Of a stretch of DNA of 64,000 nt, positions 1 through 10,102 are shown one piece after another. The stretch is from Polyangiales bacterium (GTDB lineage Bacteria; Myxococcota_A; Polyangia; Polyangiales; Polyangiaceae). Made by a program: the position numbers and the translations under genes. The stretch lies in contig JBBRNJ010000038.1 in NCBI GenBank assembly GCA_038230375.1, positions 1 to 64,000 on the forward strand, written 5' to 3'. The notes under the pieces were generated by a model. That model saw only the letters and a list, made by a program, of their open reading frames with translations. It was not told where the DNA came from and ran no database searches. Position 1 is the first letter of the stretch, and each line of letters starts with the position of its first letter.

Positions 1-27
1 AACGCCTTCGGCCGCTCATGACGGCGT

Positions 28-351
28 TTGCGGCGCTCATCGCCAAGCAGCCTGCCTTCAAGCAACTCTGCGGAATCCTGTGACTTCGCCGCGCCGAACA
101 TCATGCATCATGCACGCATATTCGAGGGGATGGTTCAGGTCGCAGCCAGGCTCGTTCACCTTCCGAGCTACTCGCCGGACTTCAATCCCATCGAGCATGC
201 ATGGTCGAAGCTGAAGGCACTCCTCCGCAAAGTCAGCGCGCGGACGTTGCGAAAGCTGCAGAACGCACTTCGCTGGGCACTCATGAACATCACACGCAAA
301 GACGCTCAAGGCTGGTTCTCACACTGCGGCTTCCGCGTTCCATCTCACTGA
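28..351 (+). mobile_element. IS630-family transposase, C-terminal fragment (probably degenerate)
   Basis: Motif LPSYSPDFNPIEHAWSKLKALLRK and C-terminal GWFSHCGF are typical of IS630/DDE_3. The expected upstream DN..H motif is not recognisable. The ORF is followed by GAGCCGCTGTA, a plausible right end with TA target. Confidence 0.8.
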
Positions 352-603
352 GAGCCGCTGTAGTGAAACGCCGCGAGTGGAAGCCACGCCGCCACTGACT
401 CGCCGCCACGCATGGCGTCACTCACCGCCACGCATGGTGCGACGACGGTCGACCTACTTCTTCTGCGGGCGCGCCGCGGCGGGCTTCTTGGCGCTCGCTG
501 GCCACTTCTGGGATGGAGCAGCGTGCCGAAGACTCCCAGGTGGTGTGCCCTTGCCCTTTACAGCTCTGTGATTAGTGCTATATTCAAACATGGAACGCGG
601 TCC

Positions 604-1389
604 ATGAACAAGCTCCTTCAACCTTTGCGGGGTGCTTCCCGCCGTGCTTCCCGCGCGCCTCAGCAGCTGGCCATCCGGTTTGGGGCTGGGGCTGGGTCGG
701 GGCGTGGCGGGGCTCGTGTGGGGGCTGGACGGCCTCGAAAGACGGGGCGGGATCGCCATGTCAGTCATCTTTCGCGGCCGGCGCATGCTCGCGGGTGCCC
801 GGTTCACGTCACGCTGCGGCGCTCGCGGTTGCTTCCTTCCTTTCGGCAACAGGTCGTCGTTGCGGAGCTGGAGAGAAGCCTGCGGAATGCATCCAATTCA
901 CGATACCGCGTCGTGCACTACAGCCTTCAGGCGGACCATGTTCATCTCCTGGTGGAGGCTGCCGATCGGGCGGCGCTTTCTCGCGGCACGCAGGGGCTCG
1001 CTATCAGGCTCGCTCGCGCTTTCAATCGCGCCACGCGGCGGCGCGGCGGCAAGGTCTGGGGCGATCGCTTCTTTGCGCGCGACCTTCACTCACCGCGTGA
1101 GGTGCGCGCGGCCATCGTCTACGTGTTGATGAACCACAAGAAGCATGGAGTGCTGGAGCGGGGCACCGCGAGCGGGAACGGGAATGGGATGTTGGAGCCA
1201 CGTCTGGATGCCTTCTCATCCGCAGCCTGGTTCGACGGGTTTGCCTCGCGCGCAAGCCCGTTCGTTGTCGCGCTCCGCGATCGGCTTCCGAGCGCCACCA
1301 TCCCGGTCGTCAGACCACGGACATGGCTGCTTCGCGAAGGCTGGCGCCGAAGAGGCCTCATCACGCCAGACGAACGCCCTCGGCTCTGA
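604..1389 (+). mobile_element. REP-associated tyrosine transposase (RAYT, Y1 HUH)
   Basis: PVHVTLR, HUH motif YSLQADHVHLLVEA, VWGDRF and catalytic Tyr in YVLMNHKKH; ATG at 604. Confidence 0.85.
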
Positions 1390-1519
1390 TCGAGCCAAAC
1401 GTTCATCGACACAGGACCACGGACTGGAAGTCTCGCGCGGCGGCCGCGACAGCATCGACCCGGCGGTCGCCTGTGCTCGCTCGTTCGCCGGCGCGCCCGG
1501 CCCCAGCGAGTCCAGCTTG

Positions 1520-1690
1520 ATGCGTGTGACCACGCGCTTGCTGCGAGCGCCCGGGAAATGCGGCAGACCGGAGTACTTCTTCGTCGGTGGGTGGGCTGTG
1601 TCCGTCCACTCCGATCCCCGGAGTGACGTTCGCGGATGCCTGGAGCCGCGACAAGGACTGCGCGACCTGCGTGCGCTGGAGGAGCGGTGA
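1520..1690 (+). pseudogene. possible nucleotidyltransferase N-terminal remnant
   Basis: EYFFVGGWAVSVHSDPR resembles the Y-x-x-VGG-x-AV-x-x-H-x-x-PR motif of MNT-type nucleotidyltransferases; stops at 1690. Confidence 0.3.
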
Positions 1691-1818
1691 AGTGATGTGT
1701 GTGCCTGTCGGCAATTGACGGACCGGCGCTCGTTGCTTGACGTCATGTGCGGCTCCACGCATCCTTGATGAAGTTGCCGCGAGCGTCCACGTGGATGCAG
1801 CGCCTCGGAGGTCATCAA

Positions 1819-3042
1819 ATGAGGAAGCTGTCGTTTGCCAGCGTCGCGCTGGCGCTCGCGGGTGTTTGCGCGCTGGTTGCTCCGGGCTGCGGCAGCTCCA
1901 CTCCCGACGACGGGTTCGACAGCGGAACCGGAAGCGGAAACGGAGATGGCACTGGCTCCGGCGGCGAGGGCGGCCTCGGCTTCGGCGGAGGAGGCACGAC
2001 GGACTCCGGCGGAGGCGGCGGAGGTCTCCTGGACGCGGCGTGCGCGACGGCAACGGCGAAGGCGTCGCGACAGCCCGTGTACATGCTGATCGTGCTTGAT
2101 GGTTCCGGCAGCATGGGACAGCAGAACAAGTGGGTCGCCATTGTTCCGGCGCTCGACAAGATCTTCGACGACATCAAGACGAGCAACGACACGTCGTTCG
2201 GCATCGGTCTCATTGCGTTCTCCGATCAGAACGACCCGACAGGCGGCGGTGGTCCGTACCCTTCCAACAAGGACATCCCCATCGCGTTCGTAGATTCGAC
2301 GCAGGCGGCGGCTCTGCACAAACGGATCGACAACGAAAACCCCCAGGGTGGAACGCCGACGAACACTGCGCTGAGCGGCGGCTACAAGGAGCTCGAGGCG
2401 TTCACACCCACCGGCATGCTCCAGCCGAACGGCAAGAAGGTCCTCGTGCTGATGACGGACGGCGTGCCGAGCGACAGCACGACGAAGCAGGACGTCACGC
2501 TGGTCACCAGTGAGCTCACGAAGGGCGCGCCCGCCGGCCCGATCACGACGTTCGTGGTCGGTGTCGGCAACTTCCCGTCCGGCAACACGGGCAACTTCGA
2601 CCCCTCGTTCCTCGGACAGGTGGCCGTTGCAGGTGGCGCATCGCCCGCCGGCTGCAACCCGACGGAGAACACGACCCTCGCGAAGGTCTGCTACTTCGAG
2701 GTCGATCCGGCGGGCGCCGCGAGCGTCGCGGTGCTTTCGCAGAAGTTCGTGGATGCCATCAACACCATCCGCGGCCAGCTGGCTTCTTGCACCTTCACGC
2801 TCGACAAGGCGGACGGCGGCGCGGTGGACCCGACCAAGGTGAACGTCGTCTTCACGAACGGCGCGGGCATGTCCTCTGTCGTCGGCAACGACATGACGAA
2901 CGGCTGGACCTATGACGACCCGAATAACCCCACCTCCGTCACGCTGCACGGCATGGCGTGCGACGTCGTGAAAGCAGACCCGAAGGGCGCGGTCTCGATC
3001 AACATCGGCTGCCCCACCGTCAAGGGCCCCGGAGTCCACTGA
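1819..3042 (+). CDS. vWA domain-containing lipoprotein
   Basis: GGAGG RBS before ATG 1819; signal peptide with GC lipobox; MIDAS motif DGSGS, GGTPT, LMTDG; Cys-containing C-terminal domain. Confidence 0.85.
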   Translation: MRKLSFASVALALAGVCALVAPGCGSSTPDDGFDSGTGSGNGDGTGSGGEGGLGFGGGGTTDSGGGGGGLLDAACATATAKASRQPVYMLIVLDGSGSMGQQNKWVAIVPALDKIFDDIKTSNDTSFGIGLIAFSDQNDPTGGGGPYPSNKDIPIAFVDSTQAAALHKRIDNENPQGGTPTNTALSGGYKELEAFTPTGMLQPNGKKVLVLMTDGVPSDSTTKQDVTLVTSELTKGAPAGPITTFVVGVGNFPSGNTGNFDPSFLGQVAVAGGASPAGCNPTENTTLAKVCYFEVDPAGAASVAVLSQKFVDAINTIRGQLASCTFTLDKADGGAVDPTKVNVVFTNGAGMSSVVGNDMTNGWTYDDPNNPTSVTLHGMACDVVKADPKGAVSINIGCPTVKGPGVH

Positions 3043-3125
3043 CGCATTCGCCGGATAGGATAGGCGGGCCTGACCCATGTCCGTCGACCGCCACCGCCCG
3101 TCTTTCTTGATACGCTCGCTCCCCC

Positions 3126-6100
3126 TTGCCTGAGATCGAGCTCGATACTCTTGTTCTCGTGCGTGCGCTCGCCAGCGGCGACGCCGTGGTCGTGCTCGCG
3201 GGCGATCCAAATTTTGCGAGCCACGGGGATGAGGAGGACGCGCTGCTCGAGGCGCGCATGTTCCTCTCGGAGCACCTGGCGAGCGCGGAGCCGGAGCTCG
3301 TGGCGCGCTTTGCGCTGCCGGAGGGGACGCGCGTTCACACGACGGACGTGGTGGTGCCGCGCGAGGATCTCACGCGCCGCTTCCGCATGGACACGGCGAT
3401 CCCGATCACCAGCCTGATCATCCCTACGCTCACGAACGCGAAGGGCCTCCGCGATTCCTGGGTCTTCATCGTGCCGCTGCGGCATACGTTCTTCGCCACG
3501 GCCGTCGAAGACCTGGATGAGGCGATCGAGGCGGAGGTGAAGCGCATCGCGGCCGCGCGCGAGATGACCCCGCTCGAGTACCTGGACCTGTTTCCCGGAC
3601 GGGACGAGCGCACGGTACGCCTGAAGGTGACCTTTCATCGCGGCGGCAGCGCCGAGATCAAGAAGGGCCACGACGTGAAGAAGCGCATCGCCGAGCAAGA
3701 GGCGAAGCGGCACTCGATCGCGATCCTGGAGTCGGTGGCAGAGCCGATGCATGCCGGGCTGATGGGCCAGAAGCCGCACCCCTTCCCGCTCCGCGAGAAG
3801 GAGATCGACATGCTCCGCTCCTTGCTCGCCACGGACGAGCGCGCGAGCACGCTCATCGTCGGAAGGGAGCGCGTCGGCAAGACGGGGCTCTTCCGCGCGT
3901 GGCTCGAGCAGGAGTTCGAGCTCAATCGCCCGCGCTTCGTCTTCGCCACGTCGGGCGCACGGCTCATTGCCGGGATGAGCGGCTTCGGCCAGTGGCAAGA
4001 GCGCGTGCGGCGCGTGATGGAGGCCGCGCACCGCATCGACGCGATCCTCTACTTCGACGACCTGGGCGACCTCTTCACCGATCGCCCCGGCGGACACGTG
4101 GACCTCCCGAGCGCCATGCGCCCGTTCCTGGAGGACGGCCGCGTGCGCGTGGTGGGCGAGATCCGCGAGGACACACTGGAGCGCGTGGAGGCACAGAACG
4201 GCGGTTTCTTCTCGTGCTTCGGCCGCGTACGCCTGTTGCCGATGGACGCGAAGGGCGCACTCCACGTGCTCTCCGTGCTCACAGAGGAGCAGCGCACGCG
4301 CGAGCCCTATCGTCCATCGCTGAGCGCAGAGGCCAATACGGCCCTCGTGGAGCTCAGCGAGCGCTACCTGCCGTACGAGTCGTTCCCTGGCAAGGCGGTG
4401 CGGCTTGCGTCCGAGCTGCGCGCTGCGAAGGAGCTCGCACTCGGCTCGGAGGCCGCCGGCGCCGTGCTCGGCAAGGACGACGTGCACGAGGCGTTCAGCA
4501 TCCGCACTGGCGTCCCGCAGTTCCTGCTTCGCGACGAGACGGCCCTGCGCGTGGACGACGTCTTCGCGTCGCTGGGCAAGCGTCTGATCGGCCAGGACGC
4601 AGCCGTGCGGCGCGTTGCGGAGCTGGTCTGCGTGGTGAAGGCTGGCCTTCAGCCCACGGGAAAACCGCTGGCAACGCTGCTGTTCGTGGGTCCCACGGGC
4701 GTGGGCAAGACGGAGCTTGCGCGCGCGCTCGCGGAGCTCCTGTTCGGCAGCGAGGAGCGACTCACGCGCTTCGACATGAGCGAGTACGCGAGCGCACAGG
4801 CCACGGAGCGGCTCTTTCGCGGAGTCGACGGCGGCGAAGGCCTGCTCACACGACGCGTGCGCGAGCAGCCGTTCTCCGTGGTGCTGCTCGACGAGATCGA
4901 GAAGGCGCATCCGGCGGCGTTCGACCTGCTTCTCCAGATCTGCGGCGAAGGACGTCTGACGGACGGACGCGGCAAGGTGGCCTGGTTCCAGAACACCATT
5001 CTGATCCTCACGTCCAACCTTGGCGCGTCGCACCGGCGCGGAAAGGCGGGCTTCACCGAGGCAACCGCTGCTGACGACGCCCAGCACTACGCGAAGGTCG
5101 TGCGTGAGACGTTCCGGCCGGAGCTCGTGAACCGCATCGATCGCATCGTCGCGTTCCGCACGCTCGACGCGAAGGACATCCACGAGGTCACGCGCATCAC
5201 CACTGCGCGCGCGTCGCGGCGCCGGGGCATCGTGGAGCGTGGTCTGGAGCTCGTCGTATCCGAGCCCGCGCTCAGACACCTTGGCGAAGGCGGCCTCTCT
5301 GATGCGTATGGCGCGCGTGCGCTCCGCCGCCACGTGGAGCGAGAGCTGGTGACGCCGCTCGGACGTCTCATCTCCGGCTGGGGTGGGCTCGAAGGCGAGC
5401 GACTCTGCGTCGCGACCGAGGGCGAGCGCACGCAGGTTGGAGAAGAGGGCGCGGAGTCACATGGTGGCATGCGCTTTGGTGTGGTGCGACAACCCGCCCG
5501 CCGCGGTGGCAACGCCGCACACGTGCTCGGGGCCGTGATGCGCATCCGGCGCGTGATGCATCGGCAGCTTGTTTTGCCGGGGATCGTGAAGCTCAAGGAC
5601 GAGACGGACTACCTGGTGGCGCAGCTTGGCTACGGCAGCGGGAAGAAGAAAAAGAAGAAGACGGAAGAGCAGCGCGACGGGCAAGAGCTCGCGATGATGA
5701 GCGCGGACCAGGTCCGCTTCGCCGCCCTCCACGAGTCGCTTGTGCAGAGCTTCGCCGAGATATGCGCGATCGAGGAGCTCGCGCTGACCGGCTTCGTTGC
5801 AGGTCAGGCGATCGACGGGCTGCGCGCAGAGGCCGAGGGCGCGCAGAAGCGATTCCGCGCCGCGCTCGTCCATGCCCTGGTAGCGCAGGAGCCGCGACGC
5901 AACACCTCCACGTTGCTCGTGAAGGAGCTCGACTCTCGTCGCGCATTCGATCGCTGGCTCTCACCTTTGCTTCTGGATGCCGCACGCCGCAAGTGGACCA
6001 TCACGGTCCACCTGGACGGCGACAAGGAGCCGGCGCCGAGCGGCATCACGTGGCCCTCCGGGCTCCGCTGGGGACCGCCGCGCACTGCGGAGCAGGTGCA

Positions 6101-6650
6101 GGGCCGCGTCCAGGATCCGGCACGCTCGTTCCGCAACGTGATCGTGCGCGCGGAAGGCGACCACGCAGGGATGTGGCTCGCGCTCGAGGCGGGGCTGCAT
6201 CGCTTCGTCGGCTTTTCTCAGGGTGACCCTGCGTCCCTGCATGTGGACCTGCTCTCGCTCCGCGCAGAGGTGCACGAGTCGGAGTGGACGATCCCGGAGC
6301 TCGAGCCGCCGAACGCGCAGGCCGCCGAGGGACTGTCTCGCGGACCGGCGCTGCGGCAGCAGACCTCCGGCGAGGACGCGGTGAAGATCCTGGATGGCCG
6401 CGCCGTCGCGCATGTTCCCGCGGACGAGTACTGGCAGTCCTTCGAGGAAATAGCGCTGGAGCACCTGCTCCTCTTCGAGCGCTTCGATTCGCTGGATCGC
6501 GACACACAGCTTCGGCCCATGCTGAACGATCGCTTCCGCGAGGTGCGGCGGCTCGCTCGTGACAACAAGATCAGCGCGATCAAGCTCTATCGCGAGATCA
6601 CCGGCGTGGGTCTCAAGGACGCGAAGGACGCAGTCGAGGCGATGGAATGA
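3126..6650 (+). CDS. ClpA/B-like double AAA+ ATPase with HicB-like N-terminus, release-factor-like domain and C-terminal L7/L12-CTD-like domain
   Basis: Walker A GRERVGKT and GPTGVGKT; RFDMSEY; VVLLDEIEKAH; TSNLG; FRPELVNRID; GARALRR; C-terminal KISAIKLYREITGVGLKDAKDAVE. Confidence 0.9.
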   Translation: MPEIELDTLVLVRALASGDAVVVLAGDPNFASHGDEEDALLEARMFLSEHLASAEPELVARFALPEGTRVHTTDVVVPREDLTRRFRMDTAIPITSLIIPTLTNAKGLRDSWVFIVPLRHTFFATAVEDLDEAIEAEVKRIAAAREMTPLEYLDLFPGRDERTVRLKVTFHRGGSAEIKKGHDVKKRIAEQEAKRHSIAILESVAEPMHAGLMGQKPHPFPLREKEIDMLRSLLATDERASTLIVGRERVGKTGLFRAWLEQEFELNRPRFVFATSGARLIAGMSGFGQWQERVRRVMEAAHRIDAILYFDDLGDLFTDRPGGHVDLPSAMRPFLEDGRVRVVGEIREDTLERVEAQNGGFFSCFGRVRLLPMDAKGALHVLSVLTEEQRTREPYRPSLSAEANTALVELSERYLPYESFPGKAVRLASELRAAKELALGSEAAGAVLGKDDVHEAFSIRTGVPQFLLRDETALRVDDVFASLGKRLIGQDAAVRRVAELVCVVKAGLQPTGKPLATLLFVGPTGVGKTELARALAELLFGSEERLTRFDMSEYASAQATERLFRGVDGGEGLLTRRVREQPFSVVLLDEIEKAHPAAFDLLLQICGEGRLTDGRGKVAWFQNTILILTSNLGASHRRGKAGFTEATAADDAQHYAKVVRETFRPELVNRIDRIVAFRTLDAKDIHEVTRITTARASRRRGIVERGLELVVSEPALRHLGEGGLSDAYGARALRRHVERELVTPLGRLISGWGGLEGERLCVATEGERTQVGEEGAESHGGMRFGVVRQPARRGGNAAHVLGAVMRIRRVMHRQLVLPGIVKLKDETDYLVAQLGYGSGKKKKKKTEEQRDGQELAMMSADQVRFAALHESLVQSFAEICAIEELALTGFVAGQAIDGLRAEAEGAQKRFRAALVHALVAQEPRRNTSTLLVKELDSRRAFDRWLSPLLLDAARRKWTITVHLDGDKEPAPSGITWPSGLRWGPPRTAEQVQGRVQDPARSFRNVIVRAEGDHAGMWLALEAGLHRFVGFSQGDPASLHVDLLSLRAEVHESEWTIPELEPPNAQAAEGLSRGPALRQQTSGEDAVKILDGRAVAHVPADEYWQSFEEIALEHLLLFERFDSLDRDTQLRPMLNDRFREVRRLARDNKISAIKLYREITGVGLKDAKDAVEAME

Positions 6651-9600
6651 CGGTCTCCTTCACCGTCCCCGTCTACCAGCGAAAGCTGGGCAGCACGATC
6701 GACCTGACCACCCTTGGCCTGGGCGCGTTCACGCAGCGCGCCGCGGGTCCGACCATTCCGCGCGCGGAGCAGCTGCTGCGCGATTCGCTGAAGACCTGCG
6801 TGCGCGGCGTCCGCCCCGTCGAGCTCCTGCGGTTCGATCTGAAGCGAGGCACGCGGCTCGAGCGCGTCCGCCTTGAGCTGCAGCTCAAGGATCATGCGCG
6901 GCGCAAGGTGGGCGGCCTCTGCCCGATCATCGTGGAGCCCCGTTTCGTCGGGGATCTGCACGCACCCATGGAGATCTGCTACCACCCGGCGCGCCAGCAC
7001 GAGTGGTTCCCGCTGCAGCGTCACACGCCCATCGCCGAAGCCGCAGCTGCCTACTTTGCAGAGGCGTGGTCCGACCTTCCGGACGAGACGCTCGTCGCGC
7101 TCTGGAGCAACACGAAGGACTCGCTGCGCGCGTTCTCGTTCACGGCGAGCGAGCGCACGCTGCTGGAAGAGCTGCCCGACAAGAAGAAGGGGCTCTGGGA
7201 CGATCTGGAGATTGACCCGACCCAGGCCGAGAAGAGGAAGAAGCAGCCGCTCAAGGTCCTCCCCGCGCTCGGAACGGACCTCACCGCCGAGTGCCCGCTT
7301 TCGCCGAAGGGTCTTCCGCGCGCGCCCTACCGCGAGCAGCTGCAGGTCATGCTCGGCGCGAGCCGACGGCAGTCGGCGGTGGTCGTGGGGCCGAGCGGCT
7401 GCGGCAAGACCACGCTGATCGAACAGCTGGTCTCCGACCTCTTGGTGCACGACGGCTTCACCGCTCATCGCAACCTGGACAAGTGCACCCACGTCTGGCG
7501 CCTTCAAGGCAAGCAGCTCATCGCGGGCATGTCGCGCGTGGGCCAGTGGGAGCAGCGCTGCGTGGATCTGCTGGACGACGTTCGCGGGAAGAAGATCATC
7601 CTGCTGGTGCCCGACGTGCACCTGTTCGGGCGCATCGGGCGCGCGCGCGACAGTGATCGCGCGCTGTCGGATTTCTTCCGCGGCCCCGTTGCGCGGGGCG
7701 AGCTCACCATCCTGGGCGAGTGCACCGCTGCGCAGCTCGCGCGCCTGCAGGAGGATGATCCTGCGTTCGCTGCGTCTCTCGTGCCAATGCACGTCGCCGC
7801 CGCCACCCGCGACGAGACATTCCGCATGATGCTCGCGCGCGCTCGCTCCATCGAAGTGGAGAGCCCAGAGGACGCGCCCGTGGAGATGGAGCCGCGCACG
7901 TTCCAGACCATTGCGGAGCTGTCGGAGGGACTGTTCCCGTCGCACGCGCTCCCGGGAAAAGCAGTTGATCTGCTCGTACGCCTCTACACCACGCGAGAGC
8001 GCGAGCCCCGCGCGGGATCGTCGAAGAGCGTCGAGCCCGAGGTCCGCGTGATCACGCCGGCAGACGTGATCGATCAGCTCTCGCGCGAGACCGGGCTACC
8101 GTGGGTGCTCCTTGCGCCGGAGAAGCCGCTCGCGATCACGGAGATCCGCGAGGAGCTCGAGCTGCGCGTGATGGGACAACCGGTAGCGGTGCAAGAGGCC
8201 GCCGACCTGGTCGTGCGCATCCGCTCGGGCCTCACAGACCCAAAGCGCCCGTTCGGCGTGTACCTGTTCACGGGCCCGACCGGTACGGGCAAGACCGAGC
8301 TCGCGAAGGCGCTTGCGGAGTACCTGTACGGCGACAAGACGCGCCTTGTGCGCTTCGACATGAGCGAGCTGTCGGGGCCGGATGCCGTCGCGCGCCTGAT
8401 CGGTGACGCGTGGAACCCAGAGGGTGCGTTGACATCGGCGGCCATGGCGCAGCCGTTCAGCGTGGTCCTCCTGGATGAGATCGAGAAGGCGCACCCCGCG
8501 GTGCTCAACTTGCTGCTGCAGCTGTTCGACGACGGGCGCTTGACGGACGCGGCGGGCAACACGGCGAGCTTCACCCAGTCGGTGATCGTGATGACGTCGA
8601 ACCTGGGAGCGCGGCAGCGCGCGCCGGTTGGCTTTGACGCGCCCGCGGAAGGGTTGATGCACGACGTGGCCCGTGCGGTGCGCGAGTTCTTTCCGCCAGA
8701 GCTCTTCAACCGCATCGACGCGGTCGTTCCGTTTCGGCCGCTCACGCCAGAGATCGCCACCCTTGTCACGAAGAAGGAGCTCGCGAAGCTGTTCGGGCGC
8801 TCGGGCTTGATCGAGCGAAACGTGTTCGTGCAGGTGAGCCCCACCGCAGTGGAGCGAATCGCGCGGGAGGCGCTCCGGGCCGAGGACGGCGCGCGCTCGC
8901 TCAAGCGCTTCATCGAGGACCGGATCGGTTCGCTGCTAGGCGAGCAGATCGCAAAGGCACCGGGCGCAGCGATGCAGGTCTTGCGCATCGGCGAGAACGA
9001 CCTTGGCCTCTCGGTGGAGAGCGAGCCGCTCGTGGAGGCGCAGCCGGTGGCGCAGGGCTACGCGCTCGAAGGGATCTGGAACAGCCCGCTCGGAGAGCTC
9101 CGGAAGCGATTGCCGGAGACGATCCTTGCGCTCGAGCGGATCGAGAAGAGCGATCGCCTGGCCCTCCTGTCCGAGCAGCTCCGCGAGCACTTGTCCGCCC
9201 ACAACCGCGGACTACGCGATCACGGAGAGCCGCTCTACAACATCGAGTGGATGCGCATGACGGTCCAGGAGCTGCGTGAGCGCGTCGAAGGGCTCACCGT
9301 GATGTCGCGCGAGATGGAGCATCACGCACTGGAGGTCGCGATCGCGGCGCGTGAGACCGCGGTGTATGCCGAGCATCCATGGAAGAACAGCCCCAAGCCC
9401 ACGTGGAAGGGGCGTCGCGAGCGGCAGCGGCCGGACTTTGGTGGCTCCGGCAACTGGTGGGATCTCTTCTCCGCGATCGCAGAGACGTACGTGCTGGAGC
9501 GCGCGCTCGACAAGGTGACGCGCCCGGATCAGCATGCGGTCTTCGTGGAGCTCTTGCCGTTTGGCGCGGGCCGCATGTTCATCACGGAGATGATGCAGGC

Positions 9601-10102
9601 GTACGCCACGGCGCGCGGCGGCCTGGACACCATCGCGTGGCTCTCCGACGACGACATCCTGGACGGCAGCGGAAAGGGCGCGCTCGAGGCCGCGCAGATC
9701 GCTGCGCCGGACTTCGCGGTGCTCAAGATCGTGGGCCTCTGCATCAAGGACTACCTGGAACTGGAGACGGGCACACACGTGTGGCGCCCCACCGTGCGCG
9801 AGCCGGAGCTCCTGCGCGTGCGCGTGTTGCCCGCGCCCCCGAACGCAACGCCACGCGAGCAAGTGCAGGCTTTTCTGGCCTCCCGCAACGATCGCCTGCT
9901 GCCCGTCGTGCGGACGATCCAGTTCGATCCGCCGCTCCCGCGCCGCCCACCGAACATGCTCGAGATGGAGGATTTCGTTCTGGGCATGCCCTACGAGGCG
10001 CGCGTCACGAACCTGGCGGACGTGTTCACGCGGCTCTGGCTCCTTCGGGTGTCGAGGATCGAGGCCAGCGCCTCCGGAGCGAGCCAGGAGCGACCAAAGT
10101 GA
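6647..10102 (+). CDS. ClpA/B-like double AAA+ ATPase with C-terminal release-factor-like domain
   Basis: GPSGCGKT, GPTGTGKT, VVLLDEIEKAH, FPPELFNRID, GARSLKR; ATGA overlap with the upstream gene. Confidence 0.9.
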   Translation: MTVSFTVPVYQRKLGSTIDLTTLGLGAFTQRAAGPTIPRAEQLLRDSLKTCVRGVRPVELLRFDLKRGTRLERVRLELQLKDHARRKVGGLCPIIVEPRFVGDLHAPMEICYHPARQHEWFPLQRHTPIAEAAAAYFAEAWSDLPDETLVALWSNTKDSLRAFSFTASERTLLEELPDKKKGLWDDLEIDPTQAEKRKKQPLKVLPALGTDLTAECPLSPKGLPRAPYREQLQVMLGASRRQSAVVVGPSGCGKTTLIEQLVSDLLVHDGFTAHRNLDKCTHVWRLQGKQLIAGMSRVGQWEQRCVDLLDDVRGKKIILLVPDVHLFGRIGRARDSDRALSDFFRGPVARGELTILGECTAAQLARLQEDDPAFAASLVPMHVAAATRDETFRMMLARARSIEVESPEDAPVEMEPRTFQTIAELSEGLFPSHALPGKAVDLLVRLYTTREREPRAGSSKSVEPEVRVITPADVIDQLSRETGLPWVLLAPEKPLAITEIREELELRVMGQPVAVQEAADLVVRIRSGLTDPKRPFGVYLFTGPTGTGKTELAKALAEYLYGDKTRLVRFDMSELSGPDAVARLIGDAWNPEGALTSAAMAQPFSVVLLDEIEKAHPAVLNLLLQLFDDGRLTDAAGNTASFTQSVIVMTSNLGARQRAPVGFDAPAEGLMHDVARAVREFFPPELFNRIDAVVPFRPLTPEIATLVTKKELAKLFGRSGLIERNVFVQVSPTAVERIAREALRAEDGARSLKRFIEDRIGSLLGEQIAKAPGAAMQVLRIGENDLGLSVESEPLVEAQPVAQGYALEGIWNSPLGELRKRLPETILALERIEKSDRLALLSEQLREHLSAHNRGLRDHGEPLYNIEWMRMTVQELRERVEGLTVMSREMEHHALEVAIAARETAVYAEHPWKNSPKPTWKGRRERQRPDFGGSGNWWDLFSAIAETYVLERALDKVTRPDQHAVFVELLPFGAGRMFITEMMQAYATARGGLDTIAWLSDDDILDGSGKGALEAAQIAAPDFAVLKIVGLCIKDYLELETGTHVWRPTVREPELLRVRVLPAPPNATPREQVQAFLASRNDRLLPVVRTIQFDPPLPRRPPNMLEMEDFVLGMPYEARVTNLADVFTRLWLLRVSRIEASASGASQERPK

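Noticed and set aside
1819..3042. vWA protein as partner of the downstream AAA+ trio
   Set aside because: It has a lipoprotein signal and is exported, while the ATPases are cytoplasmic Clp-type rather than MoxR-type; an 83-bp gap separates them
1216..5333. Long antisense ORFs (664 aa, 807 aa, and similar ones elsewhere)
   Set aside because: These are shadow ORFs typical of high-GC DNA opposite well-supported genes
9379..10098. 5' extension of the 999-aa ORF
   Set aside because: It overlaps ATPase 2 out of frame; the real start is the GTG at 10099 with an RBS and GTGA coupling
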